Of a stretch of 64,000 nucleotides of DNA, positions 1-12,586 are shown piece by piece. The position numbers and the translations under genes were made by a program. The stretch lies in contig NC_068991.1 of NCBI RefSeq assembly GCF_001194135.2, forward strand, positions 77,133,817 to 77,197,816, written 5' to 3'. The notes under the pieces were generated by a model, which had not been told where the DNA came from, did no database searches, and saw only the letters and a list, made by a program, of their open reading frames with translations. The stretch comes from Octopus bimaculoides (lineage: Eukaryota). Position 1 is the stretch's first letter. Every line of letters begins with the position of its first letter.

Positions 1-17
1 TATATATATATATATAT

Positions 18-440
18 CATCATTATCGTTTAGCATCCATTTTCCATGCTGGCATGGGTTGGACGGTTTGACTGGGGTCTAGGAAGCCAGGAGGCTGCAC
101 CAGGCTCCAGTCTGATCTGGCATTGTTTCTACAGCTGAATGCCCTTCCTAACGCCAACCACTCCATGAGTGTAGTGGGTACTTTTTACATTCCACCGGCA
201 CAGGAGCCAGAGGAGGCTGGCAACAGCCACGATTGGTTGGTGCTTTTTATGTGCCACGGGCATGGAAGCCAGTCAAGGCTGTGCTGGCATCACTCTCATT
301 TGGATGGTGCCTTTTATGTGCTACCGCCACAGGGGTCACAACTACAATTTCCATTTGATTTTCATTTTGATGTTGATGTACTTGACTCAATAGGTCTCCT
401 CAAGCACAGCAGGTCGCCATACAATCCAAGGGTGCTTTTG
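18..440 (-). mobile_element. SINE family A copy (RTE-type (GAT)n tail, read here as catcat...)
   Basis: 'tttccatgctggcatgggttggacggtttgactg...ggctgcaccaggctccagtctgatctggca...tttctacagctg..tgcccttcctaacgccaaccactcc' recurs at 9183, 13487 (opposite strand), 14738, 22560, 57548. Confidence 0.85.
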
Positions 441-594
441 AATGGGCTGGGGCTGGTTATGCAAAACTGGTGTAGGATACAGCTGTGAAATCCATACCAT
501 TCATTAATGAAAACATTAATGCAATATGAATTATGTGATAAGTCCACTTCTGTTCAGACTCAAAAAGCAGCAGCATCACTTAGATAGCAGGTGT

Positions 595-990
595 TTATAA
601 ATGACACTGAAATATCACTCTGATTATTTTGTCTAAGTCCAAGCTGTCTTTCTCTAATTTAATCATTAATGAATAAATAATAATAAATAAATCATTAATA
701 AATGATATCGCTGAATTCTAACTTGAATTATTAGCTTTAATTATGCTTGAAAATTCATGGAAGGAAAAATCCAGATAAAATCACATGATAAAACACAAAC
801 TTAAACACACATGATGCAAACAAGGAGTCTTTGACAGAAAGTTCTTTCTAGAATTAAACCAAGCTTTGTTTCTCAAACAAAGAGTGCTTAGTTCCAGTAT
901 TTGACTCCAAACAACAACACTGTTTGAATTGTAGTTTTGTGTGGTTTAGGATTTGGCAACTGTTGTGGATATTTTGTGGATATTTTTGGA
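595..990. repeat. Unclassified interspersed repeat family F, copy 1
   Basis: 'tcactct...aagtccaagctgtctttctctaatt...tgaattctaac...aagagtgcttagttcc...tttgaattgtag...tgtgtggtttaggatt' aligns by eye with 10870-11230 and 34600-34800. Confidence 0.7.
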
Positions 991-999
991 CCTTAAGAA

Positions 1000-3050
1000 G
1001 GAAACAGCATAGTCCAACTTATCTGTAAATAACAAACATCTGATTAGCAAATATTTCTTTAGCTCATGGTGTGTTTTCAAATCGTACACAAATAAAGCTT
1101 GGAGCTAGATGACATCTATTTGGCTAACTTGTTCTAGAAACTCAGTGTGAAGACAATCTTCTCAAATGGTACCTTTCTTTGTAACCTGGTGTATTATGGA
1201 ATTTGAATGTGAAAGGGATAGCAGCCATTCAAGATTGTTTTTCTTTTCTGTTTTTGTATCAGTTAAGAGTATGAGGCTTCTGGGACAAAAGTACTAAGAT
1301 GCTGGTGCAAGATTATCATGAAAGATTATCAGTGACCGTTTGGCTTGACATTTGTACTAAACTGAGTTTCTTTGCTATGTATGAGGATAAAACAGGAGGT
1401 TTTGATATATGCAGTGATTGCATTGTTTTGCCATTGAAAGAGATGAGGTTGCCGTGTCTCCATTTTCCTTATTCATGGAGGCAGTGCAGATTTGCTATGT
1501 GCTGCCTAGGTTGGATACAAATATTGCCTGAGTATGGAAGATTAATAAGGAATGACAGGTGTGTCATCTGCTAGGAGTGAGCATCATTTGAGATGTTGCT
1601 GCTAATGTGCAAGAGAAAGCATGCTGGTAACATAAATGATTCTTGGAACACATCAGAGTTGCTATTGTATGGGTTAGAGAGAGCTCTGCTTGCATGTGCT
1701 ATATTCATGTAATCTAATAGAAAATGTTCAACCCAAGAAATTAGAGGGAGATGGAGCTGATAAGCAGAGGGTTTTGTCAGAAGGTATTTGTGCCAGACAC
1801 ACTCAAATTCATTTCTTATATGAAGTACAATGGTATTGTTTTCATCTAACTTTTCAATAGTGAACAACTTCTGGTGAGTGACATAAGAGAGCAGGTCTAT
1901 GGTAGATCTGACAGTATATAAGATATACTGGTGATTAGTGAGGAAGGAGAGGGTGGTTTTTAGATAGTGGAAGAGAGCAAAAAGTTAATAGTTAGTTGGG
2001 GTGAGAGAGTTTTCCCTTCTTGGATATTGGACATATTGTGGTATGTTTCAAAGATCAAGACATGTAGAAAGAAACTGAAGAATTTGACAAGGATAGGGAC
2101 TAGTTCTAGGATGCACTGTTTAAAAGGACAGAAGGGGCTTGTTGTCTTACATGAATTTCATAGTGAATAAAAGCTAGAAAGTTGATAAGATTGTATGATG
2201 TTTCTACAACGTGTTTTTCATTTGTACTGCTGTAGAGCAAATATGTGTGAATCATTTGAGTGACTTCAGATTATGAACTTTGGATGTGAGTGGGATGGAC
2301 ATACATGTCTTAGAGGATAGTATCAAGCATTTGATTTGCTTGTTTTGTCTTGGATAGGTCAGGGATGAGAATATATGCTGCCAGGAAAAGTTAGCATAAT
2401 GCTATAGAGTGTGGGTGGTGGGGCTGAGACACTAGTGCAGCTGGAGGGGGACAGAGGGGGTAGTTCACCCTGGGTGGCACTTTTATGGGAGTCTGCTGTA
2501 GGTTATAAGCCTATATAGGCTGTATTGAAATCAAATAATAGTGGTTTTTATGTCGGGACATGGACACTACTCACCATTAAATGCAAGAATCAATATAGTC
2601 ACCGTGCAATATGTATTTTTTGTGGGGTCCCAGGGACAGCAAACTGAAAGGCCACCCCAGGTGGAAAACACTCTAGCTACACCACTGGGCTGAGATTAGG
2701 GTTCGGATTTGAGACTGTGTTCAGATGTTCTGATGGGTGCAGGGGCTATGATTTGTTTATAGAAACTGTTTTGAGGTGAGAAAGAAATCAAGTGAATTTG
2801 GGTTGTCTCTTGGTTACACATGCACAGAGGGGATGGTACTAAAAGTTGTAAAGGATTAAGAATTGCAAAATATTTTGGGGGCTGTGTGAGAGCCTAGAAA
2901 AATTGTGAGCATTAAAGTTACTGGAGTCAACGATTTTGGCGAGAGGTGACGTGAAATCGATGTCCTTGATACAGAACTAGATATGTTCTGAGAGTTGTAA
3001 GTTGTTGGAGGATTTTGTAATGTGGTAGAAGCAGAAGATGTATTCTATTT
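1000..3050 (-). mobile_element. Decayed CR1/L2/Jockey-group LINE ORF2 (APE endonuclease + RT)
   Basis: Minus strand: EN-like 'YIFCFYH...SPLAKIVDSSNFNAH' (cf. GDFNxH) and 'RDNPNSLDFFLTS...TSEHS' at ~2720-3040. RT-like 'IRNEFECVWHKYLLTK...LISWVEHFL...ALSNPYNSNSDVFQESFMLPACFLLHI' at 1571-1867 (cf. KAFDRVWH..., SGVPQGSVL), then tcc-ta-gca-gat-gac-aca = S(Y)ADDT with a 1-nt deletion at ~1563-1576. Many stops and frameshifts. Confidence 0.85.
2430..2687. mobile_element. hAT-type MITE inserted in the LINE fossil
   Basis: Exact 8-bp direct repeat ggctgaga at 2422-2429 and 2688-2695. Termini cactagtgcagctggag / ctctagctacaccactg are imperfect inverted repeats (13/17). An 8-bp TSD is typical of hAT. 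Confidence 0.8.
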
Positions 3051-4266
3051 ATTCTTGATAATTTACTGACTCACCCATTTAGTATTCAATACATGTTTAA
3101 GACATACACCTTGAGTAGGTAATCATGTCGTATTATTATAATGCATTCTCATAACATTTACTTAGGAAACACTCTAACCATTGATATATACTTATATCAC
3201 ATGATACATATTAATATGATACATATTAATATGAAACATTCTCACATCATTAATATCTTAGGTTATTATGATTCGTGCTTGTAAACATACTTTTGATGCA
3301 TATTTAAAGTCTAGTCCATGGACATACTGGACACTAACATCAAAATCCATCTGCACAATACCATTGTACTGCCAATGGCGTTATATGCAAAAATAATGAA
3401 GAAAACGGAAAATCACCAAAAAGTTGAATGTTTTACACCAAAGTTGATTGAGGAAAATCGTGAAAATTTAATACCATGTTCAAAATAGGAAATCTTAAGA
3501 AGAGCTTTGCTACAAAGACTCCAAGAAATGGTAATGGAATAAAGAATGCAACTGGTAAGTCAAGTCTTGTGGCAGCCAGATTATTATAAAACCACCAACA
3601 CAGAGAAGGTGGTGGAGACCATGGGCTACTTCCCTCTCTCTCCTCTCCTCTCTCTCTCCTCTCCGCTCTCTCTCTCTCTCTCTCTCTCTCTCAAACATTT
3701 TCAGATGATTTGAAAGCTGAAATAGACGCTGAGAAAAACATAGAACATGCCCCCAATCAATAACATTAGAGGGAGGGGGTAACCACTAGCTGATACACAA
3801 ACATGTGCAGGGTGGACTAACAAAAATGCTGCACATATTCTTCTCATGCTCATAATGATTACACACTCACATAATAATAGCACGTGCATCTTCTACAATT
3901 TTAGTAAATCATAAAAGCACTTAAACAACAGTTGATTTCTTACTCATGCAAACTGTCACAAATATTTTAAAGAGCGAATGAGATTCTGTGACATTCAGGA
4001 CTTTTCTGAATGTCAGTGTCTCAAGAATGTCATAGTGTGTCTGAAGAAAAGATCATGGCTAAATGGCTTTGATTATAGATCTGCTTGATTGGACCTGACC
4101 TGAGGCCTGACAACAAAAAAAACAAAAACTTGTAATTAATTAACATTGAAACTATTACCAAGTATTAAAACTGAGGTCGTTAAAAAAAAAAAAAATGGTG
4201 ATCTTTTAGGAATCAATTCTGAAAATTAGTTGAAGAATTCTGAAACACACACCTGCACATGTGTAT

Positions 4267-4302
<36 letters not shown>

Positions 4303-4365
4303 ATACTATCTGCCTAGAACAATTTAATAATCTGTACATAATCTTTGCCAAAAAAAAGTGTACAG

Positions 4366-4403
<38 letters not shown>

Positions 4404-7139
4404 TATATGTATATATATATATATATCAACAAGAAAAATAACTAAGGTTTAAGCATGAGAGGAATAATTGATTTTTGCTTCATAAAGTCAATGTAGGGGT
4501 AATTGATTTTATCTTATAAAAAGGAACAAAAACAGAAAATACCTTGTGAGAGAGAAAACTATGTAATGAAAGCCACTTGCCAAGCCCTAAGCAGTGAATG
4601 TGAAACAGGTAGAAACTGAACTAAACTATCAATCTCTTATGATGTTGGCTTAGTGCTATATCCTATTCATACATTTGCATAGCAAATATATTGATTTATT
4701 GCATGTGTGTATGCATATATATAACTATAAGCATATCCACCTGTATGTGTATATATCTGTCCATATGTCTGTCTGCCTCTCTCTTTGTGTGTATGTTTGT
4801 GTATTCACTTACCTATATATCTTCCTTATGAAAGAAGGAGTTGAACATGTGTTTGCTCCAAAGCTGTTAAGTCAGCAACCTGGTTTTGCCTCCCAGTCAT
4901 AGCTATTTCACTTTATTATACAAATTATTCAAATGTGGTATATAATTAAAACATTAAATGGCTGTATTTTGCGTCTGAATTTCCATAATCAATGGTATTC
5001 ATCCATGGATAATAGGCCTATTGACTTTAGGAGTTGGGAATAGGAGTTACATAATTCATACTTTTCCTAAAATCATTAGGGACATAAATAAAATCATTTT
5101 ATAGTATACCAAAGTACAGTTGACTAATTTAGCAGAACTTTTCATAAAAGGATCATTTGCCTCTGTTAGCCATCCTGCATAGATGGTCAATTATACTGGA
5201 ACTCTACTGACCATTTGTTTCAAGGTGTGTAGGCATTTCAACTGTGATCATCACTTCACTCTGTGTATCAGGGACCACTATCCAATATATTCATTTTCCT
5301 CTATTTATTTAAAATAGTTTAATGTGATTTGTGATTTGGCTGCTGTTTCTTGTAGGTTTAGTGACTGCATATAGGTCCCCTCAGTACTCATTTCTGCATC
5401 CTGTGTTCTTACTGTTGGCATCTCCCAACAACACAGATTTTACAGATAAGCAGATGAAGTCATTGTCATAATTCCTTGCTGTAAGCAAGTGATAGTATTG
5501 TGGAATTGACAACCATTTAGTTGACTTGTTATTCCAAGTTTAATTTCTTCTACTCGAAATCTACACTGCCTACAATAGATTAGCATCCTATTTAAAAGGA
5601 GATTTGTTTTTCATCTGCTTAAAGCTACAGAAACAATGGATAAGCATCAACTCCATGAATCCTGATTTGGATAAAGATCAGCATTTTTAGTCTACAAGAG
5701 ATAAATTCCCCGTCCCATCTTAACAGGCTGACAGTCTATTGTAAGTTACATTTCTTGAAAATTAGATCTGGTAATTATTGAAGATAGCCAGGTAAACTCT
5801 GTATAGAATTAATGTACTGCCTAAACACATAACGAAAGCTTGCAGTGGATTTCATCTTAACACCTGGGTGTTAAAACGAAATTCCATCAACAGAAAGACC
5901 TATACCTAGCCATTTTTCTTCTGAATGTTATCCAAACCCAATCACTTTAACAGATGGCTCTCTATCATCTATTTAAATCAATTAACTATGCTTAATAAGC
6001 TTAATGGTTTAGCAGTTTGTTCAGTTGATGTTAACTGAGCTTTTTCATCCTCATATCTAATCCATGCTGTGCTTCTCCCTGCACGAATTAGATAATGTGC
6101 ATTTGTGAGAAATGTTGTCGTATTATTCTTGTAGTGAACCATTTGTTCAGCCTCATAAAAAGGTTTTACTGCTACTCTTAATTGTCTGCTTAATAATTTC
6201 TCAGCTAGAGATAACTGGCATGTACCAGATGCACTATCATGGTTGAAAAGAATCTTTAGCAAATACTCATCAAAGTTTGCAATTGATGGACTGTAATCTT
6301 TTAATGCAGATTTGACTGCTTGCACAGTTCTTTATTCTGCTCTATAGATCTTAGACTATAGATAGAACTATCAATATTCTTGCAACCAAATCAGTTTAAT
6401 AAGTCCTTTATTGAATGAAATCTGGCCCATTGTCTGATAGTATTGTTATTGGAATGCCAAAACTAGAAAATAAGAAAATAGACATTTCCTTACCTTTTCG
6501 AAGTTTTTAGTGGAATATGAAAGAGTTTCAATCTAAATAGTAGCTGCATCAACTTTGATGAAAGCATATTCCCAACATTTCAGACATATCTCCACTCCAT
6601 ATGTAATCTTTCCCAGGGCCATAATTCAGGACATTTATCAGTATAAGGAGTGCTTTTAAATCTGATTCAATGCACATATCTTAAGATTGGATAAATTCTT
6701 ATGTATCTCTGTCAAGATTAGGCCACAAAATAAAAGTCTTTGCTTTCTTCGGTGTCTGTTGTATGCCAAGAATCATAGAAATAACTTTTGCACAGTAAAG
6801 GTTAAGAATAAATAAGCTGAGATCATTCTCTATCATAATTTCAGGTGAATGTCTAGCAAATTGTTGAACATGTCTTAAGGAAGGTGGGTGCTCTCCATTG
6901 GTGAAAGGCAACAGTAATCAGACATCCACATTCATATCTATTAAAAAGGGATAGATATGTTATTGCTTGGGTTCTCATTGTTCTGCATGCACCACAAGAA
7001 GTCTAGCCTAGACCAATCTTTGCCAGGAATGCATTTTTTTTTAAGTAAATATAATTAGTGAATGTCTTAAAATGATTTTTAAGGTCTTCATCTCTGATAA
7101 TCAGCAAAAATTAATTTATCATTGCTTATATCAGAATTT

Positions 7140-7460
7140 GTGAAGGTGCATGGCTTAGTGGTTAGAATATTTGGCTCATGATTGTAAGGTCAAGAGTTCA
7201 ATTCCTGGCAACACGCTGTGTCCTTGAGCAAGACACTTTATTTCATGTTGCTCCAATCCACTCAGCTAGCAAAAATGAGTGGTACCTGTATTTCAAAGGG
7301 TCAGCCTTGTCACATTCTGTGTCACACTGAATCTCCCCGAGATCTTTGTTAAGGGTGCACATGTCTGTGGTGTGCTCAGCCACTTGCATGTTAATTTCAC
7401 AAGCAGGCTGTTCTGTTGATCGGATCAACTGGAACCCTTGTTGTCATAAGCAACAGAGTG
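7140..7460 (+). mobile_element. tRNA-derived SINE with CORE-like domain, inserted between RNase H and integrase
   Basis: A-box-like 'tggcttagtggttag', B-box-like 'gagttcaattcc', CORE-like 'tgtgtccttgagcaagacactt'. Direct repeat atatcagaa at 7128-7136 and 7461-7469 (TSD). Confidence 0.85.
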
Positions 7461-9182
7461 ATATCAGAAGTTAATGCTTTTGTAAAAAGAGAAAAAAAGA
7501 GGCATTACTATCAAACTGAAACATAGTCTCAATTTCGCTGATGGCAAATACAAGGTATATAAGTGATTCTGAAATCATATTGTCATAATATGAGAGTCCA
7601 CTTGTCAATCCCCTGAGAAGTTCACTAAGAGACATTGAGTTCCTTTGAAAATACAAGCTGCAGAAATGAACTGTCTTCAGTGTGAAAGATTTCTTTATAA
7701 GAAAATGTCTTAATCTTTCAATACACTGTACTTTTACTACTTAAGTTTCATGTTCAATATTACTTCAGATTGAATACTAACAAATGTATTACTAACGTAT
7801 GCTATGAGATTGCCATTTTGAGGCATTATTCCAACTGCTGCAAATCCAGAATTTTACCGAAAAGGATGTTATGTAAGAAGTTCTTTTGTCTCCTTGAAGA
7901 CCTTTTCTTGATGTATTTCCCGAGTAAAGACATTCTTTTTTTGCTATGAGAAGAGGCTCAACTATGTCTGTAAATTTTAATAGCAGTGTATCAATACCAA
8001 ATATTTCTCAATTTCTTCTTTCAGTTTAGAAACATTAATCTGTTAATTAGATTATATGATGATTTGATATCTTTCTTAGAAACAGTTAAAGCAAGGAAAC
8101 CTATGCAAGATGCATGATTAATTCATTTATTTATATTAATTGATACATTGACTGTGTTCAGTCTAGCAATAACAGATCTTTCTTGATTCTACCATTTATT
8201 CTGGGTTGATATAAAGATAAGTATCTCATCTTGATAGATAATTATATTAATAATTATTTTCCATTTAGACTCTATGTAATACTGGAAAATACAGTTATTG
8301 TTTTTGTGGCTCTTCTGAAGTCTATTGTCTAAGTGTATATCAAGTACTTATTTTTCATGCAGTCCTTTGAGTCCTCATTCACACCAATTTGATGTTAAAT
8401 CATTTGAGAAAAAAGACTTTATTCATTGCATATCTGTGAACATTGTTTCAATTTGAATAATTGGATGTAAACAAGTTTGAATTTTGTCATTTAAATGTGC
8501 TTTATAACGAGTACACATATTTGATTTATTGTCTTTCTCTTGCACCGTGATGCATTCTTGATATCTTCATAAGACATGGTGCTGCAATTCTCATTATTTC
8601 AAGATTGTTAAGTTTATTTTCCGTTTTTGATGTGTACTGGAACTGGGAATGTTGAAAACATCTTACTTTTGGTTGTATCTGCAGATCAGAAACATATTAA
8701 CATGATGTATCTTCCAGGATATTTTCACCAATTAATCCAAAGTTATAAAGGATTGTTAATCACAACAAAGCCAAAATAATCTTTTTATTGCCAGAGTGAA
8801 GCAAAGTTCTTGTAATAGTAACTGCATGTAATTTTGAACCATCATATGAAGTTAAATGTCTATCAGTTGGTTTGATAATTAGCAACAAGATTAAATGATA
8901 GACAACGATGCAACAGTATTCAGCTGCATTTTAACAGGGTGTCCATTCAATTTACTAGTAACCCTTTATAAATTATCATTTGTTTTACAATGAACAATGA
9001 GAGCTACTTGTTCATTATCAGATTGTTTAGGATTCAACAGACTTAATAAAACTGCAGTTTGCTGAAATGGCAAAATTTATTGCAGATAAAATATTTATTT
9101 CTATATCCCGGACAAGGCATTGGAGGGTATGGTGAGTCGCAGTTACTACAATCTTTAATCTGGTTTTGCCTTGTTACTTTTT

Positions 9183-9454
9183 ATCATCATCATCATCATC
9201 ATCGTTTAATGTCCGCTTTTCATGCTGGCATGGTTTGACTGAGGAATGGCAAGCCAGGAGACTTCACCAGGCTCCAATCTGATCTGGCAAGGTTTCTACA
9301 GCTGGATGCCTTTCCTAACATCAACCATTCCAAGAGTGTAGTGGGTGCTTTTTATGTGCCACCAGCACAGGTGCCAGCCAGGCAGCATTGGCATCGACCA
9401 TGCTCGAATGGTGCTTTTTACGTGCCACCAGTAGGGGAGTCAGTCAGGCAGCAC
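9183..9454 (-). mobile_element. SINE family A copy inserted in Gypsy gag
   Basis: (cat)n tail plus family A body; lies immediately next to the Gag knuckle coding sequence. Confidence 0.85.
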
Positions 9455-10139
9455 ATATCCTTGTTAGGGTAAAATGCTTCTTAATTACATTTTAGCAGTG
9501 CTACTGATTTAAAAGCAAATGTTGGCTATGGCTACACCATTTCAACAAAGCTAATTATGTTTGAGTTGAATGCTTTAGGTGAGGATTTTAGCCAATCAAG
9601 GATCTTTATTTTTCACTTAGCACAATGATTAGAACTGAAAATCTATAGTGTTGTGTTTATGATAGTTAACTAAGTCTACAACATCAAGCAAATAAATTCA
9701 TATTTTTGGATGTCTATTATATCTGTGTATGATGGTTCATCTATGTTATTGAAGTGGAACACCAAAAGAACCTAATTCGAGATAGAAATAACAAGCCTGT
9801 ATTATTCATGTCACTTGTTTATGGCAGATATGTATATGTTGATGCGAGAAGAAGAAATGTCTAGAACATTACAAATATAACACTAGTGGAAGTTATAATC
9901 TCATCAGCCTTTTCACTCCACGCTTACCCTAAATAATATGTTGTGGTTGATTCCGATTCTAATACTAATTAGACCCCTAAGGATTCTTGTCGAATTAACT
10001 CTTGAATTACCGTAATGCTTTCCCTCTATAAATCCTTCAATTCTGTTAGAAACTAGAAGTTTCGAAGAAGTGCATTTAGTCCAGTACAAAAGAAAAAAAA
10101 ATATTAAAAAAACTATTGCAAAATGGATGAAACTTGATG

Positions 10140-11240
10140 ATAGGATGTAATGGTTATTGATGTACAATGTGAATGTAGTTTTCACCTCCTGTAATATCAA
10201 TGTCACCTGCCCAGGTAGGCTGGATATAGATAAGTTGATTACATGTAGGGGTTTTCATATATATATTTACAAGATATCAATTCTTGGGAAGCAGTTTCCT
10301 GTCTCAGAGCTGAATTTGTGTCCCAGTTGTCTCAGTAACTTGGAAGCTACACAACAATCATTGGAGAAAGCATTTAAGACATTCCTTCCTATCCTCCATT
10401 GATGTAATGAAACTTGTATTGCCCTGCTGATGTGAATACCTTGTAGTCTCATTACTCATCCTGAAAAAAAAGTCTTTAGGGAAAACTTGAAGAAAATACT
10501 CAGTGGGCTTTTAAGTTCAAAGGTTTTGAAAGGCCCACATCACTAATAAAATATCTATGCAATGATCACTCCATTTTGATATAAATTCCAGTTAGAATCA
10601 TGTAGCTACTGGTGTGTATAGGTGACATTAATCCTTTTGTTACCATATGTCTACTGAAATACACTGCCTTTGCTTCAGTTAATTCTTAAACTAATGAGGA
10701 ATTTGTCAAAAGAATTTTGTCATTTTTAAGCTGGTGCTTGGAACATAAATTAATAGGAAATTTTTATGAAAGGTTTTAATTATGATCACGTTAAAACTTG
10801 AAGATTCTGTCAAAGGATCAGAGGCAATCTCAGGTGGGTTGGTGCCAAAAGGTACCAAAAGAGTTAAATGTCACTCTAAATATTTTCTCCAAGTCCAAGC
10901 GCTCTTTTCTAATTAAATCATCATTAAAAGATAATGATAAATAATATCACTGAATTCTAACCCACCACTTAAGGTATTATCCACCATAATACTTATAAAT
11001 CAAAAGAAGAAAAAAATCTGAATTCACTCAAGTAACCTGTAAAAAAAGTAAATGTATGTGGTGTAAACAGAAAGTGAAAGTCTTTTGGTAAGCAGTCCTT
11101 TCTAAAATGAGGTTGAACTTTGTTTCTTGCAAAGAAGAGTGCTTATTTCCTGTTTTTCAGCCCTGAATAATAATACTTCTTGAATTGCAGCTATGTGTGG
11201 TTCAGGATTCAATGACATTTGTGCTTACTTGTGGACTTTT
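10140..11240. repeat. Unclassified repeat family F, copy 2 (contains a MITE)
   Basis: 10140-10400 aligns with 34095-34370; 10870-11230 aligns with 600-990. Confidence 0.7.
10628..10867. mobile_element. piggyBac-type MITE (TTAA target)
   Basis: ttaa-tccttttgttacc ... ggtaccaaaagag-ttaa (TTAA at 10628-10631 and 10864-10867). Related to 19307-19534. Confidence 0.7.
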
Positions 11241-12550
11241 ATAAGTGAAGTAAATTAGCTGTCTATAATAACCATGGACATACCTAACATTGTCTAATTA
11301 TGGAATTGAGGAGTTGCAGTGGGGGATGAGTATGTAACATTTCAACCTGTTGACTCGAGTAGCAAGATCCTATTCTGTTGATGAAAATGTGTTGTACTCC
11401 AAACTAAACACCGACCCTTCCCGTTCCACCTTAATATGGAGGCAGCTAACAGGGTAATATTAAAACAACTTCAGATCCAATTATTAATAGATTAAGGTGA
11501 TTGGTTGCAGATTGTATGTTGAAGTGGAAATGTTGCTCATATGCCTTCAGATTAAATATACCGCAGCCATTTTGTTGTGTATGTAACAACAGATTAGATT
11601 CTGAGCATCTCCATTTACTTAGTTGTTGACAACTGACATGTTTAACACACTGGGAGTATTATCTATCATTTTATCTTGGGGTGGTTTACATTCACAAAAC
11701 AAAATTAATAAAGAAAAAGAAAAGTAGTGTATCCAGAAAGAGCACTGATAGAGCCATGAACAACTGAAGAGACCGCCATAGAGTCATTTGAGCTGATAGA
11801 AACATTAGCTGAATCTCCCTCATTGAAATCACCTGTCTTAAGTAAAGAAAGACTCATTGAGCAGTGTTGCTTATGATACAGTAAACAACAGGGTGGTAAA
11901 TATTTGATTGCTTTTGATTTTAGGCTTGTTCAGTCGTGTCTGACCTGCAACTGAACAACAACACTAGCAACAGAACCAGGCTGGAGTGTTGTAGAGCTAT
12001 TAGTAGTTGTGATACGTGAATATAAAACTGATGATGATAAATCAAAGATGCCTTGTATTGTGCTAAAATGGACGTTAAACCAATGATGATGTTGGTGGCT
12101 GTCTTGGAGCCAATGTAGCCGAAAATGTTGGTCAATCTGTTTTTCCATCTAGTTTCAGCAGAGTTGGCAACAATGTTGGGTCACTTTGTGTAACTGAGTG
12201 ATATAGCAGTAGGAATGATTGCAACGTCAGTAGCAACAACAACAACGACAGCAACAACAACAATGTCAGCCATCCGTCAGTCTATCTCTGATTAATTTAG
12301 TCCTTTATCCAAGGGTTATTACCTCTCAAACCAAGCACGAAAATATTTCTTTTGATGTTGTATTTTACATTTAGCTTTTTTCTTTTGGCTCTTCCCCTCC
12401 CCCACTACCTCTACTTTTCTCTTTTTTTCCTTCTTCTTCTTCTGTCACTAGTCTCATGCTATATATTATTCATGAAAAACATTAAAAAAATCCTAAGGGA
12501 AGTTCAAGCAGCCATTACGAAAATGAACAAACACAAAATAATGAACAAAA

Positions 12551-12586
<36 letters not shown>

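Larger units (their letters stand above)
5978..9780 (-). mobile_element. Decayed Ty3/Gypsy LTR-retrotransposon internal region (gag-PR-RT-RH-IN), Mag/SURL-like
   Basis: Minus strand, in order: Gag knuckles 'CSNCDSPYPPMPCPGYRNKYFICNKFCHFSK' (9058-9150); protease 'KLNGHPVKMQLNTVASLSII' (NTV at 8912-8920, cf. DTG); RT 'CTRYKAHLNDKIQTCLHPIIQIETMF' and 'IIIYQDEILI' (YQDE 8225-8236); RNase H 'QNGNLIAYVSNT', 'IERLRHFLIKKSFTLKT', 'IDKWTLIL*QYDFRITYIP'; integrase 'LGIQQTPKKAKTFILWPNLDRD', 'PWERLHM', 'FSSFGIPITILSDNGPDF' (DNG 6426-6434), 'TVQAVKSALK', 'LAEKLLSRQLR'. No LTR pair found; the gag 5' limit is approximate. Confidence 0.9.

Noticed and set aside
123-488. 121-aa ORF
   Set aside because: Lies almost entirely within a SINE family A copy; likewise ORFs at 22544-22967 and 57574-58146.
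4900-5900. Possible 3' LTR with PPT-like 'aagatgggacggggaa' (~5706-5721 on minus), compared with 9900-10140
   Set aside because: No convincing similarity between the two flanks and no recognisable PBS, so LTRs are not reported.
7144-7215. tRNA genes at SINE heads (also 36065-36140, 63733-63800)
   Set aside because: A/B boxes are present but there is no complete cloverleaf, and each continues into a SINE body.
7771-7872. Plus-strand exon-like segment (LNTNKCITNVCYEIAILRHYSNCC...) with AG/GT ends
   Set aside because: It is the antisense of the Gypsy RNase H region.
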